Below are positions 29,957-39,064 of a stretch of DNA of 64,000 nucleotides, in pieces. A model generated the notes under the pieces. It did no database searches. It was given only the letters and a program-made list of their open reading frames with translations, and was not told where the DNA came from. The stretch covers positions 62,001-126,000 of the IMG/VR virus record IMGVR_UViG_3300031857_000002; one strand, 5' to 3'. Position 1 is the stretch's first letter. Each line of letters begins with the position of its first letter. Position numbers and translations under genes: made by a program.

Positions 29957-31747
29957 ATGGCATATAATATTACACTTACTGATGGCACCGCATTTGCTAC
30001 CATAGCAGACGGTACCATCAACACTGACAGTAGTGTTACTTTGGTTGGCAAAAACTACGCTGGCTACGGTATATTTTTGGATGAAAACTTTATCCAGATG
30101 TTGGAGAACTTTTCAGATAACACTGCTCCCCCAACACCACTTACTGGACAGATTTGGTGGGATTCTGGCAACACCCTACTCAAAGTGTACAATGGTACAA
30201 TTTGGAAAACAATTTCAGCAGCCACATCCAGTGGTACTGCTCCAACTTCAAACGTAACTGGCGATTTATGGTACGATAGTACTAACCAGCAGTTGAAAGT
30301 ATACACTGGATCCAGCTTTATTGTGGTTGGACCAGCATTTACCAGCAGCGAAGGAACAGCCGGTGCAATACCTGAATCCATCAACGATATCGGTTCAACC
30401 CCACACTTTGTTACCAGCCTGTATGTAAACAGCAATCGAGTGGCCATTGTCAGTTACGATTCAGTGTTTACCCCACAATCACCTATCAGTACCTGGTTTC
30501 CAAGAATATATCCAGGTATCACTGCCAACATTGCAATTGGAGGCAGCTTTTCAGGCAACTTGATCAGCCTTGGCAACATCACAGCCAGTGCAGGCGGAAC
30601 GTCAAACGTGGCAGTGTTGTCTGCACTGGGTGTTGGCGTTACAGGAATTGTTAGTGCAAGTGGCAACATCACTGGTGGAAACATTACCACAGGCGGAACA
30701 GCCACAGTTACCGGTAACGTCACAGGCGGAAATTTAGCCATTGGCGGTCTTGCCACAATTACAGGCAATATCACAGGCGGCAATGTCACCACAGGCGGAT
30801 CTATCACTGCCACAGGAACTGGTAACATCACTGGCAACGTCAACGGCGGCAACTTACGCACCACAGGATTAATTACTGCAACTGGTACAGTCACTGGGGG
30901 CAATGTAGCATCAGGTGGGTTTATCACTGCTGGTAGCACTGTTAGTTCTGTGGGCAACATTACATCAGCAGCCAACGTTGCAGGTGCTAACGTTATTGCT
31001 AGTGTAAATGTCAGTGCAGTAGGTAACGTTGCTGGCACATACTTTATTGGTAACGGGTCTCAACTGACAGGTATTAGTGCGGCAGTTAGTGTGTCCAAAA
31101 TTGAAAGTGGATTGTCAAATGTTCAAATTGCATCAGCCAATGCAAACATCACAATGGCGGTTAGCACCACAGCCAACGTAGTTGTGGTATCACAAAATGG
31201 TTTGAGTATTACAACACAAAGTGCCAACGCAACATCGCCGGGCACAAGCGGATTGTCTACAGCTTATATTGAACACCTGGGTAGCAACGCCGTGGGTAAT
31301 ATTGGGTCAAGTGCTAGTTACTTTAACCGTATCTTTGCCACAGCCACCACAGCATTGTACGCTGACGTTGCTGAACGTTTTGAATCTGACGAACTATTGG
31401 ATCCAGGCACCGTGGTTGAACTGGGCGGATCCAAAGAAATCACACGTAGTCGCCTAGAATTAAGCGAAAACGTATTTGGTGTGATAAGTACAAGACCAGC
31501 GTTTACCATGAATGGTGGAGCAGGTGAAGATGATACACATCCAGCTGTGGCCATGACAGGTCGCGTTCCAGTCAAGGTTACGGGTATAATTAACAAAGGC
31601 GATCGACTAGTTTCAGCAGGCGATGGCATAGCACGAGCCGCACAACCTGGCGAAGCAACTTCCTTCAACGTGATTGGTAGAGCATTGGTATCAAAATCAA
31701 CCAATGATCTAGGTACAGTTGAAGCAATTGTAAATATACAGATATAA
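29957..31747 (+). CDS. tail fibre protein with a C-terminal intramolecular-chaperone-like domain
   Basis: Central GN(I/V)TGGN repeats. The C-terminal YADVAERF...PGTVV..GG..EIT...GRVPVKV..KGDRLV pattern is typical of phage fibre chaperone/autocleavage domains. Confidence 0.75.
   Translation: MAYNITLTDGTAFATIADGTINTDSSVTLVGKNYAGYGIFLDENFIQMLENFSDNTAPPTPLTGQIWWDSGNTLLKVYNGTIWKTISAATSSGTAPTSNVTGDLWYDSTNQQLKVYTGSSFIVVGPAFTSSEGTAGAIPESINDIGSTPHFVTSLYVNSNRVAIVSYDSVFTPQSPISTWFPRIYPGITANIAIGGSFSGNLISLGNITASAGGTSNVAVLSALGVGVTGIVSASGNITGGNITTGGTATVTGNVTGGNLAIGGLATITGNITGGNVTTGGSITATGTGNITGNVNGGNLRTTGLITATGTVTGGNVASGGFITAGSTVSSVGNITSAANVAGANVIASVNVSAVGNVAGTYFIGNGSQLTGISAAVSVSKIESGLSNVQIASANANITMAVSTTANVVVVSQNGLSITTQSANATSPGTSGLSTAYIEHLGSNAVGNIGSSASYFNRIFATATTALYADVAERFESDELLDPGTVVELGGSKEITRSRLELSENVFGVISTRPAFTMNGGAGEDDTHPAVAMTGRVPVKVTGIINKGDRLVSAGDGIARAAQPGEATSFNVIGRALVSKSTNDLGTVEAIVNIQI
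31729..31736 (+). promoter_or_regulatory. possible late promoter (TGTAAATA)
   Basis: TAAATA core 28 nt upstream of the ATG at 31765. Confidence 0.45.
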
Positions 31748-31764
31748 TTATTTAGGACAACAGT

Positions 31765-32730
31765 ATGACATACACAAGCGGTGGCTTAATTCAAGCCACA
31801 GACTACAATGGATTTGTTAGCACCACAGCAGGAGCCAACGTCAATGACGTTTGGTCAACTGGCGCCAGCGACAAAGGTTGGGGACAAAGTGCGGTGGCCA
31901 CTGTTAGTGCTACCAATACTGTCACTGCTACACAGTGGGCAAGTTTGGTCAACACACTCGCAAGCATGGGCAGTCAAACTGGCACCACAATCACAGCAAG
32001 AACTGCACCTACCGCGGGAACTGTGATTGGTATTTTAGCAGCCGTCAACACTGACTTGACCAATGTTACCACAAACAGAAACAATGCAGCCGCTGTTGGC
32101 ACACAATACACAGCGTGGACCGGTACTAACTCCAAGACAGCCGCAACTTCTGGCAGTCCATGGACCATTACTTTTACTAACACAGTAACATTTGCCAGCG
32201 CAAATGCCATGCGTTATTTCTTCAATGCAGGCGGCCTAATCAAACTAGATGTAGCAAAAAGTTCTACTGGTGCCACAGGTGATCCTGAATGGAATGACTT
32301 GGCCACTACGCTATGCGGTGACATTTATTTTTCAGGTGTGGCAGCAAGTCACACCATTGCTGGCGTGGCATACACAGGTACTACCAAAATTGGCGGCACA
32401 GGTACACCAAACACTCTAAGTACTGCTACTGGTCGGTATGCATTGACTCCTGGAGCAGCCGCTACCATCATCTACAAACAGTTTGCTGATACAGCCCCGT
32501 ACACTGCAAACTTTATTCAACACTCAGTAGCACTAGATGCCACACAGGCTATTTTGACATTTACTACACTTTGGTCAGCATCAGATGGTGACCCAATCAC
32601 AGGCGGTACAGCAAGTTCAGGCGCAACTCCAGGCACCGCGGCTACAACAATTTGTACCTATTTCCCACCTTCAACAACCTATTTGAGCAACAGCTGGGGC
32701 ACACCAACTGTGGCAGCCACAACAGCTTAA
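31765..32730 (+). CDS. Thr/Ala/Gly-rich virion (fibre-associated) protein
   Basis: AGGA SD and an RYFFNAGG motif; last gene of the late module. Confidence 0.6.
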   Translation: MTYTSGGLIQATDYNGFVSTTAGANVNDVWSTGASDKGWGQSAVATVSATNTVTATQWASLVNTLASMGSQTGTTITARTAPTAGTVIGILAAVNTDLTNVTTNRNNAAAVGTQYTAWTGTNSKTAATSGSPWTITFTNTVTFASANAMRYFFNAGGLIKLDVAKSSTGATGDPEWNDLATTLCGDIYFSGVAASHTIAGVAYTGTTKIGGTGTPNTLSTATGRYALTPGAAATIIYKQFADTAPYTANFIQHSVALDATQAILTFTTLWSASDGDPITGGTASSGATPGTAATTICTYFPPSTTYLSNSWGTPTVAATTA

Positions 32731-32732
32731 CC

Positions 32733-32760
32733 AAAAAGGGGCAATGCCCCTTTACTTTTC
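32733..32760 (+). terminator. rho-independent terminator closing the structural module
   Basis: AAAGGGGC-AAT-GCCCCTTT hairpin followed by ACTTTT, directly after the stop at 32730. Confidence 0.75.
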
Positions 32761-32779
32761 CCCGTAAACCCTGTACAAT
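32751..32779 (+). promoter_or_regulatory. sigma70-type promoter for the plus arm of the biosynthetic island
   Basis: TTTACT-17 nt-TACAAT, with the ATG at 32786 lying 7 nt after the -10 box. Confidence 0.65.
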
Positions 32780-32785
32780 ACAGTT

Positions 32786-33091
32786 ATGGATACTAATGAC
32801 TTGATTGCTCACGCACGAGCACGGTTTGATCACGTTGCCGCAAAACGTGTGCTAAAAGAAAAATACGAAGCTCGTATGTTGTTTGCCTTAGCTGGAGGCA
32901 TGTGGCGAGCAGGCCCCGAACTGTTGACATTACTAGCTGTATGCCCAGATGAAACCGCAGTGATTTTAGATTTGTATGAGAATCCTGTGCAAGTCAACAT
33001 AGCAGAACTCGAACTGGCAGCACAACAACGTTGGCAAGAGCAAATGAACGGCTGGCTTGCTGAATACACAGACTTGAGTAAACAACGATGA
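32786..33091 (+). CDS. hypothetical protein
   Basis: 101-aa ORF with an ATGA overlap with the next gene. Confidence 0.75.
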   Translation: MDTNDLIAHARARFDHVAAKRVLKEKYEARMLFALAGGMWRAGPELLTLLAVCPDETAVILDLYENPVQVNIAELELAAQQRWQEQMNGWLAEYTDLSKQR

Positions 33092-33918
33092 CACAAGGCG
33101 TGCTAATATTTGCCTTTAACAACGAAGAAACAGACTACCTAGCCATGGCCGAGTGGTCAGCTCACAATGTGCGTCGCCATTTGAACTTGCCCACAAGTGT
33201 TGTTACCAATGCCAGATACACAGGCACAGCATTTGATCATGTGATACATGCTGATGCTGAGTCAGGTGGCACACGATACTTTGAAGACTACAACAGCACA
33301 GTGACCTGGCACAATGCCGGACGTGTTGACGCATACCGCCTGACACCCTATGATCAAACCATTGTGCTGGATGCAGACTATGTTGTGGCCAGTAACAACT
33401 TAAAACGTCTGATGAATGCAGACCAAGACTTCTTGTGTCATAGAATAGCATTTGATCTAGCAGGACAAACAGACATGCGTGGTCTGAACACATTTGGCCA
33501 GTATGACATGCCCATGTGGTGGGCCACAGTGATGATGTTTCGTCGATCAAACACAGCACAATACATATTTGACTCAATGCAAATGGTACGTGACAACTGG
33601 CAACACTACCGAGATTTATACAACATTGATCGTGCAACATATCGCAATGACTTTGCACTGAGTATTGCACTGGGTATTGTGAGTGGACACACCATGAAGG
33701 TGGACGAAATACCTTGGGCACTGCCCAGTGTCATGCCCAACACCAAGCTATCAAGAAATCTGGATGCAGATTCCTACATGATAGAATACACAGACATCGA
33801 GCAAAAGCTCAAGCGCATGGGATTTGAAGGCTTGGACTTTCATGCCATGGGCAAAAAACATCTAGGAGACATCGTTGAAACCGATCGCCGAACAAGGTTA
33901 TCTAATAGTAGCCATTAA
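33088..33918 (+). CDS. glycosyltransferase, GT-A fold (GT8-like)
   Basis: TPYDQTIVLDADY (DxD motif); YRNDFALSIA. Confidence 0.65.
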   Translation: MTQGVLIFAFNNEETDYLAMAEWSAHNVRRHLNLPTSVVTNARYTGTAFDHVIHADAESGGTRYFEDYNSTVTWHNAGRVDAYRLTPYDQTIVLDADYVVASNNLKRLMNADQDFLCHRIAFDLAGQTDMRGLNTFGQYDMPMWWATVMMFRRSNTAQYIFDSMQMVRDNWQHYRDLYNIDRATYRNDFALSIALGIVSGHTMKVDEIPWALPSVMPNTKLSRNLDADSYMIEYTDIEQKLKRMGFEGLDFHAMGKKHLGDIVETDRRTRLSNSSH

Positions 33919-34660
33919 CACACCTGATATCAACTATGTAGGTTGTGCAGAAACGCTGGCCAAGACCATCAAGTACTGGCATCCTGATGCTGAAATTTGT
34001 TTGTTGACCAATGCTACAGACGCCAGTAATCCGCCATTGTTTGACTATGTGCGAGAGTTTCCGTATCCGTTAGATATGACAAATCCCTGGGCCAACGACT
34101 GGCAAGTATTTAGAGCAACACCTTTCCGTGAAACAATCAAGTTGGAAGCAGACATGATGATCACCAGTGCAATTGATCACTGGTGGACCTTGTTACGCAA
34201 CCGTGATGTTGTTGTGTCAACAGGCTGTAGAGACTGGCGAGATCAACGTGCTGTGAGTAGACACTATAGAAAAGTATTTGATGCTAATGGGTTGCCTGAT
34301 GTGTACAATGCTATCACGTACTGGCGTCTTAGCGAAACAGCCAAGGAGTTCTTTGACACCGTTCGAAACATATTTGAAAACTGGCCTGAGTATCGCAAAC
34401 TCATAAAGTTTCCCGAAGATGTGCCCTCAACTGATCTAGTGTATGCCATGGCAGCCAACATTGTTGGTGCTGATCGGTGTACCATGCCATTTGCTAGTTA
34501 TCCGCAGATCGTACACATGAAACGGCACCATGCAGGCAGTCAAACTGAAGCATGGTTAAACGAGTTTGTGCTTGAGTACAAAAACTACATGGCTAGAATA
34601 AACACCATTGCACAGTGGGGTGCATTACACTACAGAGTCAAGGAGTGGACACATGACTGA
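33875..34660 (+). CDS. glycosyltransferase-like paralog (GT8-like)
   Basis: TPFRETIKLEADM aligns with the DxD region of the preceding gene; TTG start. Confidence 0.6.
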   Translation: MKPIAEQGYLIVAINTPDINYVGCAETLAKTIKYWHPDAEICLLTNATDASNPPLFDYVREFPYPLDMTNPWANDWQVFRATPFRETIKLEADMMITSAIDHWWTLLRNRDVVVSTGCRDWRDQRAVSRHYRKVFDANGLPDVYNAITYWRLSETAKEFFDTVRNIFENWPEYRKLIKFPEDVPSTDLVYAMAANIVGADRCTMPFASYPQIVHMKRHHAGSQTEAWLNEFVLEYKNYMARINTIAQWGALHYRVKEWTHD

Positions 34661-34994
34661 TGAAGAATTTTGGCAAGCTCTAAGAGACATGCCCGAGCCC
34701 AAACCTGTTGATTATAGAATCTACTACAACGAACAAGGTGAGTTGTTATTCTACAGCATGGAAGATGTGCCAGGTACATACTTGACTATTGATGCAGAGA
34801 CCTTTTCCCGTAGTGCAACCAATGTAATTGTGCAAGATGGCCAGCTGTTTGAGATCATCAACGCAACTACAGCAAAACTAGAACACTCAGACACAGGTAC
34901 ACCTTGTGACCCCGATGATGTGTGCATTGTAGTACCTGAAACACAACAACACCAAAGATGGAGCAAACAAAGACATGGCCTTAAACCAAATTGA
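34653..34994 (+). CDS. hypothetical protein
   Basis: ATG at 34653 after AGGAG, shorter than the ORF-track call. Confidence 0.7.
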   Translation: MTDEEFWQALRDMPEPKPVDYRIYYNEQGELLFYSMEDVPGTYLTIDAETFSRSATNVIVQDGQLFEIINATTAKLEHSDTGTPCDPDDVCIVVPETQQHQRWSKQRHGLKPN

Positions 34995-35907
34995 TGTAGC
35001 AGACTTAGACTGCATTTACTTGACATATGATGAACCTGAGAAAGAAGAATTCTGGGTAAAAATACGCAACATGGTGCCTTGGGCCAAACGTGTGGACGGA
35101 GTCAAAGGCAGTGATGCCGCACACAAGGCAGCCGCTGCCGCTAGCGACACAGAACGTTTTATTCTTATTGACGGCGACAACATGCCGGATCCTGAGTTCT
35201 TCAATCAGACATTGACATTTCCCACAGCAGAATATGAACAAGCAGTATTTAGATGGAGAGCTCGTAATCACATCAACGGACTCATGTACGGCAATGGCGG
35301 CTTGAGCTCATGGACTAGAACGTTTGTGAACCGCATGCGCACACACGAAGCCACTGATGGACGCACAGAAACTGAAGTAGAGTTTTGTTTCGATCCGCTA
35401 TACTGGCCCATGTATGACTGCTACTCCACAACCTATCCCAATGGGTCGGCGTTTCATGCATGGCGTGCCGGTTTCCGAGAAGGTGTAAAGATGTGCCTAA
35501 ACAAAGGTGCCCGGCCCACAGTAGAAGACTTCAAAGAACAAGCGCACCGGAAGAATCTAGAGAACTTGACCATCTGGCACAACGTGGGCACAGATGTTGA
35601 ATACGGAGAGTGGGCCATAATGGGCGCACGCCAGGGCACATACATGACCATGCTCACAGGATGGGATCATCGAGACGTACAGAGTTTTGATGCACTAGCA
35701 GAGCTGTGGGAAACTGTAAAAAACAGTCAGCCCAGAATGATCAGCAATCAACTGGGACCTGAACTGGGCACACAACTGGATTTGCCCATGGCCATACTAG
35801 AAAGTGAACAAAGTGTTTTTTTCAAACGTCACTATCGTAGCAACTGGCACAATCAAGGCATAATGACACGCGAAATTGATGTTATCCGTCGACAGGAAGG
35901 ATGGTAA
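34975..35907 (+). CDS. glycosyltransferase-like protein (GT-A, DGD motif)
   Basis: DCIYLTYDEP...RVDGVKGSDAAHKAAA...FILIDGDN...AWRAGFREGVK. Confidence 0.6.
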   Translation: MALNQIDVADLDCIYLTYDEPEKEEFWVKIRNMVPWAKRVDGVKGSDAAHKAAAAASDTERFILIDGDNMPDPEFFNQTLTFPTAEYEQAVFRWRARNHINGLMYGNGGLSSWTRTFVNRMRTHEATDGRTETEVEFCFDPLYWPMYDCYSTTYPNGSAFHAWRAGFREGVKMCLNKGARPTVEDFKEQAHRKNLENLTIWHNVGTDVEYGEWAIMGARQGTYMTMLTGWDHRDVQSFDALAELWETVKNSQPRMISNQLGPELGTQLDLPMAILESEQSVFFKRHYRSNWHNQGIMTREIDVIRRQEGW

Positions 35908-36572
35908 TGCTAACTGTTTTTGAAAATACAGTAACCTCTGCTGAAATAGCAAATATGCAACAGCAGTTCAGTCACTTACATACCACTGTTAAATTTACTG
36001 ATACGTATCATATTACATCTCGTGAAGAAATACATGAACTTTATAACTCAAACGCAGAATCATTGATTCAACAACAACGTATTGACATACATACGCATCC
36101 GATTGCAGATGTTGTTAGGAATATAGTTAATAGGATTTTACCGTCGCCGTTGAATTTGTCAGTTCCTATACTTTTTTCAAGATCAGTTTATCCTATTGGA
36201 ATTCATATTGATTCAAACAAGAAAGAGCATAATGGACACACTCTAATGATTCCGTTGACGTTTGACACACGTATCAAGACACTAGTATGGAAAGAAACTG
36301 CTATTGATCCAATTGCACTGAATGAGATATTTTATCGTTTTCAACACAATATTAAATCGTTTACATTACAGCCAAAAATTTCTAACAGATTTGATTTAAG
36401 AAACTGTTGGCTAGGAACACCATCCATTGTGGATTTTTTAGAACTAGATGGAATAGCCGAATGGCAAGAAGGATCTATATTTAAATTTAATCGTCAACAA
36501 TTGCATGCCAGTAATAACTTCAAGGCATCTGTAGAGTTTAAAGATTACGTCTTGATACATAATAATGAATAA
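35901..36572 (+). CDS. putative 2OG-Fe(II)/cupin-type oxygenase
   Basis: HxD (IGIHIDS) plus a distal His (FNRQQLHASNNF) give a facial-triad pattern. Confidence 0.5.
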   Translation: MVMLTVFENTVTSAEIANMQQQFSHLHTTVKFTDTYHITSREEIHELYNSNAESLIQQQRIDIHTHPIADVVRNIVNRILPSPLNLSVPILFSRSVYPIGIHIDSNKKEHNGHTLMIPLTFDTRIKTLVWKETAIDPIALNEIFYRFQHNIKSFTLQPKISNRFDLRNCWLGTPSIVDFLELDGIAEWQEGSIFKFNRQQLHASNNFKASVEFKDYVLIHNNE

Positions 36573-37944
36573 CAAGAGTAATTTTATGAGCTCAGCAGAG
36601 CAAATGAAAGAGGATTTAGGTTCTGCACTATGCCTTGCCAAATGGAAACAGGTCAGTTTGCACTTGCCCACAGGGCTCAACAACTCTTGTTACCATCCGC
36701 CGCTGCATCAGATCACTGCAGATGACTTGACACGTACAGGCGGCCTGCATAATACAGCACACAAGAAGGCACAACGTGTGATGATGATACAGGGCGAAAA
36801 ACCTGCTGAATGTCAGTACTGCTGGAACATGGAAAGCCTGGATAAACTAAGCGATAGACATTATCGTTCTGGTGAGCCCTGGGCTGCTGTGGATCTGGAT
36901 CGCATTAAAAACTCTACAGGCATGGAAGATGATGTTGTTCCCAGTTACGTAGAAGTCAACTTCAACCATGCTTGCAATCTAAAGTGTAGCTATTGCTCGC
37001 CGCAGTTTAGTAGCAGTTGGCAGGACGAAATAGAACGACTGGGTGCGTACCCTACATCAAAGCCGCACAATGCACCAGAGCACTTTATGGGCAACCGCAG
37101 ACCCATACCTGCACGTGAAGCCAATCCTTATGTGGATGCGTTTTGGGAATGGTGGCCCACACTATATCCACAGCTGGAACACTTTCGTATGACCGGAGGC
37201 GAACCGCTAATGGATCGGAATACCTATAGAGTGTTTGATTATGTGCTAGAGCACCCTAGTCCCAAGCTACACCTGAATGTCACAAGTAACTTTTCAGTAG
37301 AAGATGTGTTGTTTGAAAAGTACATGGGCTACGCTAAAAATCTATGTACACCCAACATAGAGCACTTCATGCAGTATGTTAGCCTGGACTCGGGCATTGC
37401 CACACAAGCAGAATACCTACGCCACGGCCTGGACTATGCTCGCATGAGTCGCAATGTTGAACGTTTCTTAACTGAAGTTCCTACTCGTAACAGCCTAACG
37501 TTTATTATCACAATGAACAATTTGAGTGTTACAGGCATGCAACCCATGCTGGAATGGATCTTAAACCTACGCAAGACGCACAGCAGTACATACCAACGTG
37601 TGTGGTTTGATACTCCTGTACTGCGTGAACCTGCGTGGCAGAGTCTACAAATCTTGCCCGAAAGCTACGTGGCGCAACTGGAACGTGCCAAAGACTATAT
37701 GCTGGCTAACTTGATCACAGATGCCAATCCCTTACACGGATTTAAAGATTATGAAGTACAACGGCTAGAACGTGACATTGCCTGGATGCGCGAAGGACAA
37801 TCACAAGATAATAACACAGCAAAGGCAGACTTCTATCGTTTCTTTGCGGAACACGACCGTCGTAGAGGCACGGACTTTTTGCGATCCTTTCCTGAAATGC
37901 GCTCCTGGTGGGCAGAATGCGAGTATCATGCTAGGACAGCATAA
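36565..37944 (+). CDS. radical SAM enzyme 1
   Basis: CNLKCSYC and TGGEP motifs; N-terminal Cys cluster (CLAKW, SCYH, CQYC). Confidence 0.92.
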   Translation: MNNKSNFMSSAEQMKEDLGSALCLAKWKQVSLHLPTGLNNSCYHPPLHQITADDLTRTGGLHNTAHKKAQRVMMIQGEKPAECQYCWNMESLDKLSDRHYRSGEPWAAVDLDRIKNSTGMEDDVVPSYVEVNFNHACNLKCSYCSPQFSSSWQDEIERLGAYPTSKPHNAPEHFMGNRRPIPAREANPYVDAFWEWWPTLYPQLEHFRMTGGEPLMDRNTYRVFDYVLEHPSPKLHLNVTSNFSVEDVLFEKYMGYAKNLCTPNIEHFMQYVSLDSGIATQAEYLRHGLDYARMSRNVERFLTEVPTRNSLTFIITMNNLSVTGMQPMLEWILNLRKTHSSTYQRVWFDTPVLREPAWQSLQILPESYVAQLERAKDYMLANLITDANPLHGFKDYEVQRLERDIAWMREGQSQDNNTAKADFYRFFAEHDRRRGTDFLRSFPEMRSWWAECEYHARTA

Positions 37945-39064
37945 GCTCATAATTGATGAGTGGGCAGAAGTAGTAGACTTGTTGGACCCATATGCCGACG
38001 GGGAATTCTGGACCTGGGCAGATGTTGACTTTGATCCCGCTTGTGTATACATTGTGGGCAGGGTTGTGCTTAAAGATAATTGGCAAGTGATAATAGACTT
38101 GGCCACACAATATCCTGGACGCATTGTGTTCTGTAATCCTGCTGAAGGGTCAGAAACCATCTTGTTACAACTCCGACGCCTGCGTATAGAACCACATGTG
38201 CGTGACGGCCGTATCTTGCTGTTGACATCCGGTGATCTAGAACCCGGGTGGAATCAGATGAGTACAGACTGTTACTTTACCAACATAGTGGACTACACAG
38301 AAAACCAGTCAGCACAGTCACAGGCAGCACTAGACTATAAACAACACAGACCCTACGAGTTTCTATTCTTAAATGGACGACTGCGTCCACATCGCAAAGC
38401 TCTAATAGACGGCCTGCGAGATCAACGGCTATTAGCAAACGCATTGTGGACCAATTTGGGCAGTCATGTAGAAATGGCATTTACTTCCCAACTAGAAACT
38501 CTTGCCACAGAACCCATACGTTTGCTGCCGCCTGAATATGAAATAGAACGTGCTCGTGATAAACTAGCACCCGAGCTATATGCCCGTGGTGGATTTATCA
38601 AACATGAACTGTTTAGCAACACCTGGGGCGATGCTATAGTTAACCCATGTTGCTACACAGACACCTGGTACAGTCTAGTAACAGAAACCATATTTGATTA
38701 CCCACATTCATTTAGAACAGAAAAAATCTACAAGCCCATTTTGATGGCACATCCATTTGTGGTCGCTGCCAACTCTGGCTACTTACGAGACTTGCGTAAC
38801 GCAGGATTTCAGACGTTTGATAGCATAATAGATGAACGCTACGACCAAATTGATTGCCCGCACACACGAATACAGCGTATAATAGAAACAGTGCGGTCGA
38901 TCAGTTGTGGCGGCGCTGAACATTTCTGGGAGGCCTCACGTGACATCTGTAAATACAATCAACAACATCTTGTGGAGTACAATCGCAAACAGCGTACCCT
39001 GCTCCCACAACAATTAGAGCAATTTTTAAATGAACGATCTAGAATTCCGTCAACAACATCTTGA
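37928..39064 (+). CDS. glycosyltransferase-like protein (VTET/TEK family), paralog 1
   Basis: FLFLNGRLRPHR...SLVTETIF...RTEKIYKPI...HPF...LRNAGFQTFD. Likely start is the ATG at 37928. Confidence 0.5.
   Translation: MLGQHKLIIDEWAEVVDLLDPYADGEFWTWADVDFDPACVYIVGRVVLKDNWQVIIDLATQYPGRIVFCNPAEGSETILLQLRRLRIEPHVRDGRILLLTSGDLEPGWNQMSTDCYFTNIVDYTENQSAQSQAALDYKQHRPYEFLFLNGRLRPHRKALIDGLRDQRLLANALWTNLGSHVEMAFTSQLETLATEPIRLLPPEYEIERARDKLAPELYARGGFIKHELFSNTWGDAIVNPCCYTDTWYSLVTETIFDYPHSFRTEKIYKPILMAHPFVVAANSGYLRDLRNAGFQTFDSIIDERYDQIDCPHTRIQRIIETVRSISCGGAEHFWEASRDICKYNQQHLVEYNRKQRTLLPQQLEQFLNERSRIPSTTS

Noticed and set aside
1891-32730. Bacterial T6SS, eCIS or tailocin locus
   Set aside because: The gp55-like sigma, TAAATA late promoters, thyX and dense small ORFs indicate a T4-like phage genome.
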